NCBI GenBank assembly: GCA_945861645.1
Contig: CAMAVZ010000044.1
Location: forward strand, 1-13,287
From: Opitutus sp. GAS368
GTDB lineage: Bacteria; Verrucomicrobiota; Verrucomicrobiia; Opitutales; Opitutaceae
DNA: 13,287 nucleotides
Direction: 5' to 3'
Positions 1 through 7,784 of the stretch are shown piece by piece (the stretch's first letter is position 1; each line of letters opens with the position of its first letter). The translations under genes were made by a program, and so were the position numbers. The notes under the pieces are model-generated. The model ran no database searches and was not told where the DNA came from. It saw only the letters and a list, made by a program, of their open reading frames with translations.

Positions 1-246
1 GTGCGTTATCATGGCACGCTGATCGATGGGACGGTATTTGATAGCTCGGTGGAGCGGGGTGATACGGCGGAATTCGCCGTCACCGGCGTAATCCAAGGCT
101 GGGTCGAAGCGCTGCAACTGATGGCGGTGGGCGATAAGTGGAAACTTTATATTCCAGCTGGGCTGGGCTATGGCCCTCGTGCTGCCGGAAAAATTCCAGC
201 GAATTCGACGTTGGTTTTTGAAGTCGAGTTGGTGTCGATTAAGTAA
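1..246 (+). CDS. FKBP-type peptidyl-prolyl cis-trans isomerase, C-terminal part (5'-truncated by window edge)
   Basis: Translation has the FKBP signature [15 protein letters not shown]...F....[25 protein letters not shown]......[12 protein letters not shown]. The GTG at position 1 is mid-domain (a Val), not the true start. TAA stop at 244-246. Confidence 0.95.
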   Translation: MRYHGTLIDGTVFDSSVERGDTAEFAVTGVIQGWVEALQLMAVGDKWKLYIPAGLGYGPRAAGKIPANSTLVFEVELVSIK

Positions 247-270
247 GCTAGCCTTGGTTCATGGTACCCG

Positions 271-450
271 ATGCATGATGCCCTGACTCTTTCCTGCCCT
301 CATTGCGGCGAGTCATTTTCACTCGCCCTGGATGTCAGCGAGGGCAGTGCGGAGTTCACGGCGGATTGTGAGGTGTGTTGTCGCCCCATGAAGGTCAGCG
401 TGAATATTTTGGACGGCGCCTTAGCCGGCTGGGATGTAGTCGAAGAATGA
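271..450 (+). CDS. Small CPxCG-motif cysteine-rich protein (putative zinc ribbon), 59 aa
   Basis: Translated by hand; not in the ORF track. ATG 271 to TGA 448-450 gives MHDALTLSCPHCGESFSLALDVSEGSAEFTADCEVCCRPMKVSVNILDGALAGWDVVEE. CPHCGE...DCEVCCRP matches the Cys_rich_CPXG family pattern, and the ORF fills the gap between FKBP and NERD. Confidence 0.88.
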   Translation: MHDALTLSCPHCGESFSLALDVSEGSAEFTADCEVCCRPMKVSVNILDGALAGWDVVEE

Positions 451-526
451 AATACTACGGTCGGCCTAGCGTTGACGGCGAGCGATAGAATCGCGTCACT
501 CTCTCGCCCTCTGATTGCTCGCCCCC

Positions 527-1426
527 ATGAATTGGCCTAACGAAATATTCTACCTTGGCTACTTGGCCCTCTTTGGCGGCTGCATTGTCGCCATGCTTGC
601 TTGGCATCGCCAGCAGCGGAAGCAGCGGCTACCGTTTGCCGCTGACCTCAAATTACTGCGCGCCCCGGGCGAGACCCAACTTCGCTTAGTGCGTCGGTTT
701 GAGGATGAGGGGTTTATCGGAATGATTGTGGCCTCCGTTGTGCCCGCGGCGAGTGGGATGATCTTACTCTTGCTGACAGTTCGCTTACCGCAAGAGCTCC
801 AACTGGGCGGAGCGGCGTTAACTTTAGTCGTTTTCATGGCGACTTTTTATTACTCCGCTCGCTGGTTTTCGCGCCGCGCGCAAGAAAGTGGTAACCGCTA
901 TCTCGGGTATTTCGGTGAACGCGTCGTGGCGGAACAGCTTGAACCGTTGAAAGCGCACGGCTGGCGAATTTTCCACGATGTCCCGGGTGGTACGCCAGAA
1001 CACCGTTTCAATCTCGATCATCTCGCGGTCGGGCCAGCGGGGGTTTTTGTGATCGAGACGAAAACTCGCCGCAAGGGTCTGGCGCGCCCCGGCTTTGATC
1101 CTGGCACCGTATATTTTGATGGCCGCTCCTTGGTTTGGCCTTGGGGCGAAGACAATCACGGCCTCGAACAAGCCGAACTTCATGCGGACTGGTTTACCGC
1201 TACGATGAAAGCTGAAATTGACGAACAGTTGACGGTCACGCCAGTATTGGCGCTGCCGGGTTGGGTGGTAGCGCTTAAGCCCTCGCAAGATTCACGCCGC
1301 TGTCGCGTCGCCCATCCGCAGGATTTATCGTCGCAACTGCGGAGTGGGCCGGTGGCGTTGACTGAAGCACAAATCAGCCGAATTAGCGCAAAACTCGAAG
1401 CACGCTGTCGCGACGTCGACTATTGA
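527..1426 (+). CDS. Membrane-anchored NERD (nuclease-related domain, PD-(D/E)xK) protein
   Basis: Three hydrophobic N-terminal segments are followed by GERVVAEQL...HDV...FNLDHLAVGPAGVFVIETK, the typical NERD D...ExK motif (Asp codon 1016, Glu 1055, Lys 1061). Start is ATG 527 (alternative TTG 515). Confidence 0.85.
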   Translation: MNWPNEIFYLGYLALFGGCIVAMLAWHRQQRKQRLPFAADLKLLRAPGETQLRLVRRFEDEGFIGMIVASVVPAASGMILLLLTVRLPQELQLGGAALTLVVFMATFYYSARWFSRRAQESGNRYLGYFGERVVAEQLEPLKAHGWRIFHDVPGGTPEHRFNLDHLAVGPAGVFVIETKTRRKGLARPGFDPGTVYFDGRSLVWPWGEDNHGLEQAELHADWFTATMKAEIDEQLTVTPVLALPGWVVALKPSQDSRRCRVAHPQDLSSQLRSGPVALTEAQISRISAKLEARCRDVDY

Positions 1427-1490
1427 GGCGAAATTCAGCGGCCACCGAAGCGGTCTTTTCCCTCGACCCAATCGGCTAGGCGCATTGTTT

Positions 1491-1495
1491 GGAGG
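1491..1495 (+). promoter_or_regulatory. Putative ribosome-binding site for trmO
   Basis: GGAGG lies 10 nt upstream of ATG 1506. Confidence 0.5.
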
Positions 1496-1505
1496 CTTGC
1501 CCGAG

Positions 1506-2333
1506 ATGCTTCCACTACAACCGATCGGTTATATTCACACGCAAAAGCAGGTGAAGTTTCAGGCGCGGCATCAACCGACGGAGAGTGTCGCGGAGCGCAA
1601 CATTCTCGAATTGCTGCCGGACTGCGATTATGAGCAAGCGCTCCATGATGTAGCCGGGTTCACGCGCATCTGGTTAATTTGGTGGTTTCACCGCAATTCG
1701 GGCTGGCGGCCACGGGTTTTACCTCCGCGCGGTCCGGCGACAAGACGGGGCGTCTTCGCCACCCGCTCACCCCATCGGCCTAATCCTCTCGGGTTAACTC
1801 CCGTGCCGCTCCTTGCTATAGAAGGTCGTCGACTCATCCTCGGCGCCTGTGATCTGGTCGATGGCACCCCGGTGTTTGACCTCAAGCCTTACATTCCGGC
1901 TTATGATTCCTTTCCCGATGAAAAGGCGGGTTGGCTTGATGAAATGGAGACGTCGCTGGCCGCCCCGCCGCAATTCCAGGTGGAATTTTCCAGCTTAGCG
2001 CAGGAGCAGGCCGAGTGGTTACTCCAGCACTGGGCCATTGATTTTCGCTCACGCGTGAACGAATTGCTCAGCCGTGATCCCAGCCTGCACCGCACCCGGC
2101 GCATCACCCGGCGCGCACCGGATGAATTTGTCATCGGCTGCGGCGCTTGGCGCGCTGTTTTTAAAATATCGGGGAAGATCGTATTCATTCTCTCGCTCGA
2201 GCCAGGTTATCCGCGCCGTTTTCTCGAAGACCCAGCCCGCACGGAAGGCCTGCCCGATCGCACCGCTCAATTGGCCTACATGGCGCAGTGGCCCTCGCGG
2301 CTCAGCGCTATTCTGCCGCGAGCCGCGCCATGA
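1506..2333 (+). CDS. trmO: tRNA (N6-threonylcarbamoyladenosine(37)-N6)-methyltransferase TrmO/TsaA
   Basis: Motifs PIG.I, WLIWWFH, RPRV.PPR, GVFATRSPHRPNPLGL and DLVDGTPVFDLKPYIP.YD are diagnostic of TsaA/YaeB. GGAGG at 1491-1495 supports ATG 1506 over TTG 1485. Confidence 0.93.
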   Translation: MLPLQPIGYIHTQKQVKFQARHQPTESVAERNILELLPDCDYEQALHDVAGFTRIWLIWWFHRNSGWRPRVLPPRGPATRRGVFATRSPHRPNPLGLTPVPLLAIEGRRLILGACDLVDGTPVFDLKPYIPAYDSFPDEKAGWLDEMETSLAAPPQFQVEFSSLAQEQAEWLLQHWAIDFRSRVNELLSRDPSLHRTRRITRRAPDEFVIGCGAWRAVFKISGKIVFILSLEPGYPRRFLEDPARTEGLPDRTAQLAYMAQWPSRLSAILPRAAP

Positions 2334-2626
2334 AATTATCTGGTCTCGACCAATTTTTTATTGGCTGGTTCGGCTTAGCAAACGTCGTCGTATTTTTTAT
2401 TTTTAGTTACGACAAGTGGCAGGCAGGGCGCAAGCGTGGGCAACGAGTGTCCGAAGCCACCTTGTGTCTGACGAGTGCGCTGGGCGGGTGGTTGGGGGGA
2501 TTCTGCGCGCTATTTATTCTTCGGCACAAATCAGCCAAACCCTCTTTTCAGCTTAAATTTGCCGCTGCTTTTTTTGTCTGGGCGGCGCTCCTCACTGGAG
2601 CTGTTGCCGTGAGTGGTCGGTGGTAA
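2330..2626 (+). CDS. DUF1294 family small membrane protein
   Basis: Pattern F..YDK.QA.....RVSE.TL......GGWLG......LRHKS.K.SF matches DUF1294. The ATG overlaps the trmO stop (ATGA 2330-2333). Confidence 0.9.
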   Translation: MKLSGLDQFFIGWFGLANVVVFFIFSYDKWQAGRKRGQRVSEATLCLTSALGGWLGGFCALFILRHKSAKPSFQLKFAAAFFVWAALLTGAVAVSGRW

Positions 2627-2751
2627 AAGTTAAAACGACTTGGTCTGATTGTTGCCTCGGCTGGGCCCCATTTCCATAACCCCCGCCACGCCCGCGCGCC
2701 GATTGCACTTTCGCCTTCGCTTCTGCGCTAGTTTCTATTCGTTCCTTTCGG

Positions 2752-3528
2752 ATGAGAGAGATGTGCTACCGCTGCTTTTGGCCCCAGCAATTATGCTGGT
2801 GCTCATCCTTGCTGCCGCTGCCGACACGTACCCGGTTCATTTTTTTAATGCACCCCAAGGAATTTAAAGAGGAAAAAGCCGGAACAGGTCGACTCACTCA
2901 ATTGTGCCTACCGAATAGTGAACTGCATATAGGGAAGGGGTTTGATGACCACGCGCCCGTCCAAGCGGTGCTCGCCGATCTGATGAATTATTGCGTGCTT
3001 CTCTATCCGGGCGCCACGGCGCTTAATTTATCAGAGGTTGAGCGCGCCCCTGCGGCGGCGGCGCAGTTTAGTGAACTCCGCCTTGGGCTGACAAATCGGC
3101 GCCTCGTGGTTATTTTACTCGATGCAACCTGGAGCGGGGCGCGAAAAATGTTGAGGCTGAGCCCGAGTCTTCAGCGTCTGCCGCGCATCATGTTTACGCC
3201 GGTTGCGCCGAGTCGCTATATCATCAAGCAACAGCCGCAGGTGGGCTGTCTGTCAACTTTGGAGGCGGTGCATGAATTGCTGCTCGTTTTAGCGCGGACT
3301 GGGCTCGATCAATATCTTTTGCCTGAATTGTTGCTGAATATTTTTCAGCGGATGCAGGATTTTCAGATTAAATGTGCCGCTGATCCCAACCGTGCGGGGT
3401 ATCGCCGTCAGCCCTACAGTGACCCAGTTGAGCGTCGACTAGCGGCGGGTGATCGCGCGGCGCGGCGCGATAATTTTATGCGGCAACCGGGGCTCCCTGC
3501 TACCGTGCCGCCTTTGCCTTTAGATTAA
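2752..3528 (+). CDS. DTW-domain protein, tRNA-uridine aminocarboxypropyltransferase (TapT-like)
   Basis: N-terminal CYRC......C.C, then HPKE......TGRL, LLYP, the DxTW motif LDATW..ARKM...SP.L..LP, and LSTLEAV. Confidence 0.92.
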   Translation: MREMCYRCFWPQQLCWCSSLLPLPTRTRFIFLMHPKEFKEEKAGTGRLTQLCLPNSELHIGKGFDDHAPVQAVLADLMNYCVLLYPGATALNLSEVERAPAAAAQFSELRLGLTNRRLVVILLDATWSGARKMLRLSPSLQRLPRIMFTPVAPSRYIIKQQPQVGCLSTLEAVHELLLVLARTGLDQYLLPELLLNIFQRMQDFQIKCAADPNRAGYRRQPYSDPVERRLAAGDRAARRDNFMRQPGLPATVPPLPLD

Positions 3529-3560
3529 AAGAATCAGGCGTTAGCTGCCCCGCGCTTGGC

Positions 3561-4010
3561 TTAAGGCAACTTGGCTTGGATAACTTTACTGGCGGCGCCA
3601 AAATCAATCAGACCGGCTTCGGGGCGCTGTTTTAGAGCGCCGATTACTTTCCCCATCTCTTTTTTTGAAGTGGCCCCAGTGGCAGCGATGACTTCCAGGA
3701 CGAGGGCTTCCAGTTTGGCGGGATCGAGTCCCGCGGGGAGAAATTTTTCAAGAATGGCTATCTCGGCCGTATTCAGCGCCACGAGGTCAGCGCGCCCGCC
3801 TTTTTCAAATTCGGTACGGGCATCCGTCAGATTTTTAACCGCTTTGCGGAAAGTGGCCATCGTCAGCGCTTCATCGATGGGCTTACTCGTGTCCATCGCT
3901 GCACGCTGGATGGCGGCATCCATCGTGCGCAGGGCTGTCGCTGTCGCCGGGTCGCGGGCTTTCATCGCCGTAATAATGTCTGCTCGGAGTCGTTCGTAGG
4001 TGGTAGGCAT
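3561..4010 (-). CDS. yqeY: GatB/YqeY domain-containing protein
   Basis: L..DI..AMKARD......LR......., F.KGGR.DL......EI.ILE.FLP, GATSKKEMGKV are typical of YqeY. ATG 4010 gives 149 aa, a normal YqeY length. Confidence 0.9.
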   Translation of the reverse strand: MPTTYERLRADIITAMKARDPATATALRTMDAAIQRAAMDTSKPIDEALTMATFRKAVKNLTDARTEFEKGGRADLVALNTAEIAILEKFLPAGLDPAKLEALVLEVIAATGATSKKEMGKVIGALKQRPEAGLIDFGAASKVIQAKLP

Positions 4011-4075
4011 AAGTTGAAGCGCAGCCAAACGCTCCCCACGCAAAGTGCAATCCGTGATCTCTGGACTGCGGGGCC

Positions 4076-4552
4076 TTAGACGACTGATTCGATTACCACG
4101 GTACGCCGCTGACCGCCAAAATCGAGGGAGAGGGCTTCTCCTTGGCTGCAGCCCATCAAGTGACGCCCCAGCGGAGATTGCGGAGTAATTACCAGCACGC
4201 GTTGATCGCCGTGGGCTATTTCCATCCCGCCGGCCCGTGGTCCGATGAAATAGTAATTTTGCTCTGGTCCCTGTAAGGTAATTAAGGCTCCCACGCTGAT
4301 CGGTTCTGTGCGCAAAAAATTTCGGGGCACGATGGCTTGGAATTGCGCCAAAGCGAGGGCGGCTTCATCGGCTGCTTTGGATTGTCCGTGCGCGAGGTAA
4401 GACGCTTCCAGCCCACGCGTGTCGTATTTGTCTTCAGCTTTATTTTCTTCGTCAGTCGCTTCGGCGTGGGTCGCTAAGGCGGCGGCGGTCAGCATCGTGA
4501 GCTCCGCTTGTAGCTGCGCGATGATTTTAGCTAAGAGTTCAGTTTTGGTCAC
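4076..4552 (-). CDS. GreA/GreB-family transcription elongation factor-like protein (non-canonical)
   Basis: N-terminal coiled-coil helices plus a Gre C-terminal domain (I.VGALI.L...ITPQSPLGRHLMG...GE). The tip reads ENKAEDKYDTRGLEASY rather than GDLSENAEY. GTG start at 4552. Confidence 0.82.
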   Translation of the reverse strand: MTKTELLAKIIAQLQAELTMLTAAALATHAEATDEENKAEDKYDTRGLEASYLAHGQSKAADEAALALAQFQAIVPRNFLRTEPISVGALITLQGPEQNYYFIGPRAGGMEIAHGDQRVLVITPQSPLGRHLMGCSQGEALSLDFGGQRRTVVIESVV

Positions 4553-4579
4553 GGGTAAATATTTTCAGGGTCGATTGGC

Positions 4580-4606
4580 GCGCGGCCTGAGGAGCCTAGG
4601 CCACGC
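4580..4606 (-). other. Intergenic RNA stem-loop just downstream of iaaA
   Basis: The minus-strand RNA GCGUGGCCU-aggcuccuc-AGGCCGCGC forms a 9-bp stem with one G-U pair. There is no U-tract. Confidence 0.35.
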
Positions 4607-4612
4607 TGGAGG

Positions 4613-5656
4613 TTAGCGCGAAAAGTTTTCAGGTATTTTTTCGTCACGGTAGATAGCGACGAAAGCCGGTTGCCCGGCGAGGTGAGCGGCGCGGTACATC
4701 CCTAGAGAGTTAAACTCCATCGCGATGTTGCCCTGTCGGTCGATGGCGACGACGCCACCAGTTCCGCCGAGCTTGGCAACTTTGGCGATGCTGGCGGCCG
4801 CCGCGGTGTGGAGCGGAACGCCCCGGTATTCCATCTGAGCGGAGACATCATGCGCCACATTGAGGCGCATGAAATATTCTCCATCGCCAGTGGCGCTGAG
4901 CGCGCAAGTTGCGTTATTAGCGTAATTACCGGCACCGATGATGGGAGCATCGCCGACGCGGCCATATTTTTTATTCGCCAAGCCGCCAGTCGAGGTGCCG
5001 GCGGCGAGGTTCCCTTGTTGATCGAGGGCCGCGCACCCGACGGTGCCCCAGCGGCTTTGCCGATCAAAATAATCAGAAGTGCGGCGGACGCCGTTCAGCG
5101 CAGCTTTTTCTCGGGCTTGGATTTTCTTTAATTGTTCGCGCCGGAATTCCGTTTGGAAGTATGCATTGGGGACCAGGGCATAGCCTAGGCTTTGAGCGAA
5201 TTGCTCGGCCCCTGCGCCGATTAACATGACGTGACTAGATTTTATCATGACATCTCGGGCAAGATTGATGGGGTTTTTAATATGCTGCAGTCCGGCGACC
5301 GCCCCCGCGGCCAGGGTATTTCCATTCATGATGGAAGCATCGAGCTCGCATTGCCCAGCGGCATTAAGCACCGCGCCGCACCCCGCATTGAAGAGCGGGG
5401 AATCCTCGAGCACATTAATGGTGGCGGTGACGGCCTCTATCGCCGAGCCGCCTTTTGCCAGCACTTGGTAGCCGGCGGTCAGGGCTTCGTTCAATTGCTG
5501 GCGAATTTGAGCCTCGCGACCAGGCGGCATATTTTGTCGCTCGATGACCCCTGCGCCACCATGGAGCACGAGACCAAAGCGCGGTAGCGGCTCAGCCGCG
5601 CAGGCCGTGCTCAGTCCCACGCTAAACAAAAATGCTAGACGCGAATATTTTTTCAA
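4613..5656 (-). CDS. iaaA: Isoaspartyl peptidase/L-asparaginase (Ntn-hydrolase, type 2) with N-terminal signal peptide
   Basis: LHGGAG, LEDSPLFNAG.G, ELDASIM.G, nucleophile motif GTVG, TSTGG..NK.YGRVGD.PIIGAG.YA and SATGDGE. TTG start is followed by a KK-R + hydrophobic leader. Confidence 0.93.
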   Translation of the reverse strand: MKKYSRLAFLFSVGLSTACAAEPLPRFGLVLHGGAGVIERQNMPPGREAQIRQQLNEALTAGYQVLAKGGSAIEAVTATINVLEDSPLFNAGCGAVLNAAGQCELDASIMNGNTLAAGAVAGLQHIKNPINLARDVMIKSSHVMLIGAGAEQFAQSLGYALVPNAYFQTEFRREQLKKIQAREKAALNGVRRTSDYFDRQSRWGTVGCAALDQQGNLAAGTSTGGLANKKYGRVGDAPIIGAGNYANNATCALSATGDGEYFMRLNVAHDVSAQMEYRGVPLHTAAAASIAKVAKLGGTGGVVAIDRQGNIAMEFNSLGMYRAAHLAGQPAFVAIYRDEKIPENFSR

Positions 5657-5681
5657 AGGCTAGGGGGCTTTTTTAGAGCAA

Positions 5682-7784
5682 TTATTTGTCGCGGCCGAGC
5701 GCTTGCAGGAAAAACGCATAATTGCGGGCGACATCGCGCAAAGCATCGTAGCGTCCAGCCACGCCGCCGTGGCCTGCCCCCATGGTGGCATGGAGCAAGG
5801 TGGCGTTGGCTCCGGTATCAAGCGTGCGGAGTTTGGCCAAATATTTGGCCCCCTCCCAATAAGGCACTTGGCTATCATGATAGGAGACGAGTACGAGGAG
5901 ATGCGGGTAAGCAGTCGCTATGAGGTTATCGTACGGACTGTAAGCGCGCATCCACTGATACTGCTCTTTAATGTTCGGGTTGCCCCACTCGATGTATTCC
6001 TCGGTGGTTAGCGGCAGCGTGGCATCCAACATGGTGTTGAGTACATCGACGAACGGCACTTGCACGATCGCCGCGTGGAAAAGATCTGGGCGTTGGTTAA
6101 TCACCGCGCCCATGAGCAGGCCGCCGGCACTGCCTCCTGAAGTTACGAGCTGGGCGGGGCTCGTCCAGCGCTGGTCGACTAACCATTGTCCGCAGTCGAC
6201 GAAATCGTTGAACGTGTTCATTTTTTTATCCATGCGGCCTGCTTCGCGCCACTCTTCTCCGAGTTCACCGCCGCCCCGAATATGCGCGGTGACATAAATA
6301 ATCCCACGATCAAGGAGACTGACGCGGCTGCTACTAAAGGCCGCCGGCATACTGAGGCCGTAAGAACCATAACCATAGAGCCAAAGCGGTTGTGGTTTGG
6401 TGCGATCTAAGTCAGCTCGATAGACAATCGATAGCGGTACTTTTGTCCCATCGCGCGCCGTCGCCCAGATTCGCTCTGATTTGTAATGCTCAGGACTGAA
6501 GCCGCCCAGCACTGCCGTTTGTTTAATGAGCGTCCGTTCCCCGGTATTTAAATTTTCAGCATAAACCGTAGTGGGGCGAACGAGTGACTGGTAGTTGAAT
6601 TGATAAATGCTGGTGTGGTAATCCCAATTGCGGTCCGCGCTGACTTCATAAGTCGCCTCGGGCATGGCCAAGCGGGCCGAGGCGCCCGAAGCAAAACTGA
6701 AGCGCCGCAGATGGGGGAGCCCATTTTCCCGTTCGAGGATCACCATGTAATCGGCAAACATATCCAGCCCCTCGATCTTAATGGCGGGATTAGGCGCGAT
6801 GAGATCGGTGGTGGCGGTCGGTTGGCTCACTGGGGCCTGGCAGATTTTGTAGTTTTTTGCCCCGGCCCCATTGGTTACATAGTAGAAGTGTCCGTCTCGG
6901 TGTTCGCTGTAGTATTTAACATTTTCCGTTCGGCCGAGTAGCCGCTGAAGTTTTGCGCCGACCACCTCGGTGGCGAGTGCCCACGCCTCGCTGGTCTGTT
7001 TACTTTCGGCGTGGATAAAAATAAATTTACCATCGCGAGATTTATCGACCTGGAGATTATAGAGTTCGTCTTGATCTTGATAGATCAACTCAGTTTGCCC
7101 GCGGCTCAGGGTCCAACGGTAAACCTTATTGGAGCGCTTGGTCTCATTTTCCGTGCCGTAGTAAATCACATCATGACCGGCGCCCCATTCTAAGCTGGAG
7201 ACTGCGCCAATTTTTTGGGGTAGGAGAGCCTTGGTCGCCAAGTCCATCACAAATACTTCGTATTGGCGGTAACCCGTCCAATCGATCGAGTAGGCAAGTC
7301 GCGCCCCATCATCACTCACGCGAAATTGTCCGACGGCAATGTAGGTGTGCGTCCCCACGAGCGTATTCAGATCGAGCAGAATCTCTTCCGGTGCGACTCC
7401 GCGAATGAGTTGACGGCAGTAAATGAGGTACTGTTTGTTTTTTTCCGTGCGGGTATAGTAACGGTAGCCTAGCCAAGATACCGGCGCGGAAGCATCATCT
7501 TCTTTGATCCGGCCAATCAGCTCTTGGTAGAGGTTAGCGCGCAGGTTAGTCGCGGGCGCCAGCACGGCTTCCGTATAGGCATTTTCGCGTTCGAGGTAAT
7601 TGATGACCGCGGGGTTCTCTTTCTCCCGTAGCCAAAAATAGTTATCGAACCGCGGATCGGCATGCACCGTGACATTTTTTGGCTGGGGCGTAGCCACGGG
7701 TGGACGGGAATGGGCAAGGTCGAAGCTGGCTTGAGTAGTGACGGCAAGAGCACACATAGAAATAATTGGGAAGATGAGTTTCAT
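5682..7784 (-). CDS. ptrB: Oligopeptidase B (protease II, S9A) with N-terminal signal peptide
   Basis: D.YFWLRE, LYGYGSYG, HIRGGGELGEEW, catalytic GGSAGG, VPFVDV..TMLD..LPLT..EY.EWGNP (OpdB acidic specificity residues), HDSQV.YWE and GHGG. Confidence 0.95.
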   Translation of the reverse strand: MKLIFPIISMCALAVTTQASFDLAHSRPPVATPQPKNVTVHADPRFDNYFWLREKENPAVINYLERENAYTEAVLAPATNLRANLYQELIGRIKEDDASAPVSWLGYRYYTRTEKNKQYLIYCRQLIRGVAPEEILLDLNTLVGTHTYIAVGQFRVSDDGARLAYSIDWTGYRQYEVFVMDLATKALLPQKIGAVSSLEWGAGHDVIYYGTENETKRSNKVYRWTLSRGQTELIYQDQDELYNLQVDKSRDGKFIFIHAESKQTSEAWALATEVVGAKLQRLLGRTENVKYYSEHRDGHFYYVTNGAGAKNYKICQAPVSQPTATTDLIAPNPAIKIEGLDMFADYMVILERENGLPHLRRFSFASGASARLAMPEATYEVSADRNWDYHTSIYQFNYQSLVRPTTVYAENLNTGERTLIKQTAVLGGFSPEHYKSERIWATARDGTKVPLSIVYRADLDRTKPQPLWLYGYGSYGLSMPAAFSSSRVSLLDRGIIYVTAHIRGGGELGEEWREAGRMDKKMNTFNDFVDCGQWLVDQRWTSPAQLVTSGGSAGGLLMGAVINQRPDLFHAAIVQVPFVDVLNTMLDATLPLTTEEYIEWGNPNIKEQYQWMRAYSPYDNLIATAYPHLLVLVSYHDSQVPYWEGAKYLAKLRTLDTGANATLLHATMGAGHGGVAGRYDALRDVARNYAFFLQALGRDK

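Noticed and set aside
4006..4016. GGCATAAGTTG shared between the yqeY start region and hemL (13271-13281); both read ALQLMP
   Set aside because: A single 11-nt match, expected by chance in 13 kb, with no extended similarity.
5597..5656. Lipoprotein lipobox in IaaA (LSTAC)
   Set aside because: The -3 residue is Ser rather than L/V/I, so an ordinary signal peptidase I site is at least as likely. This cannot be decided without a predictor.
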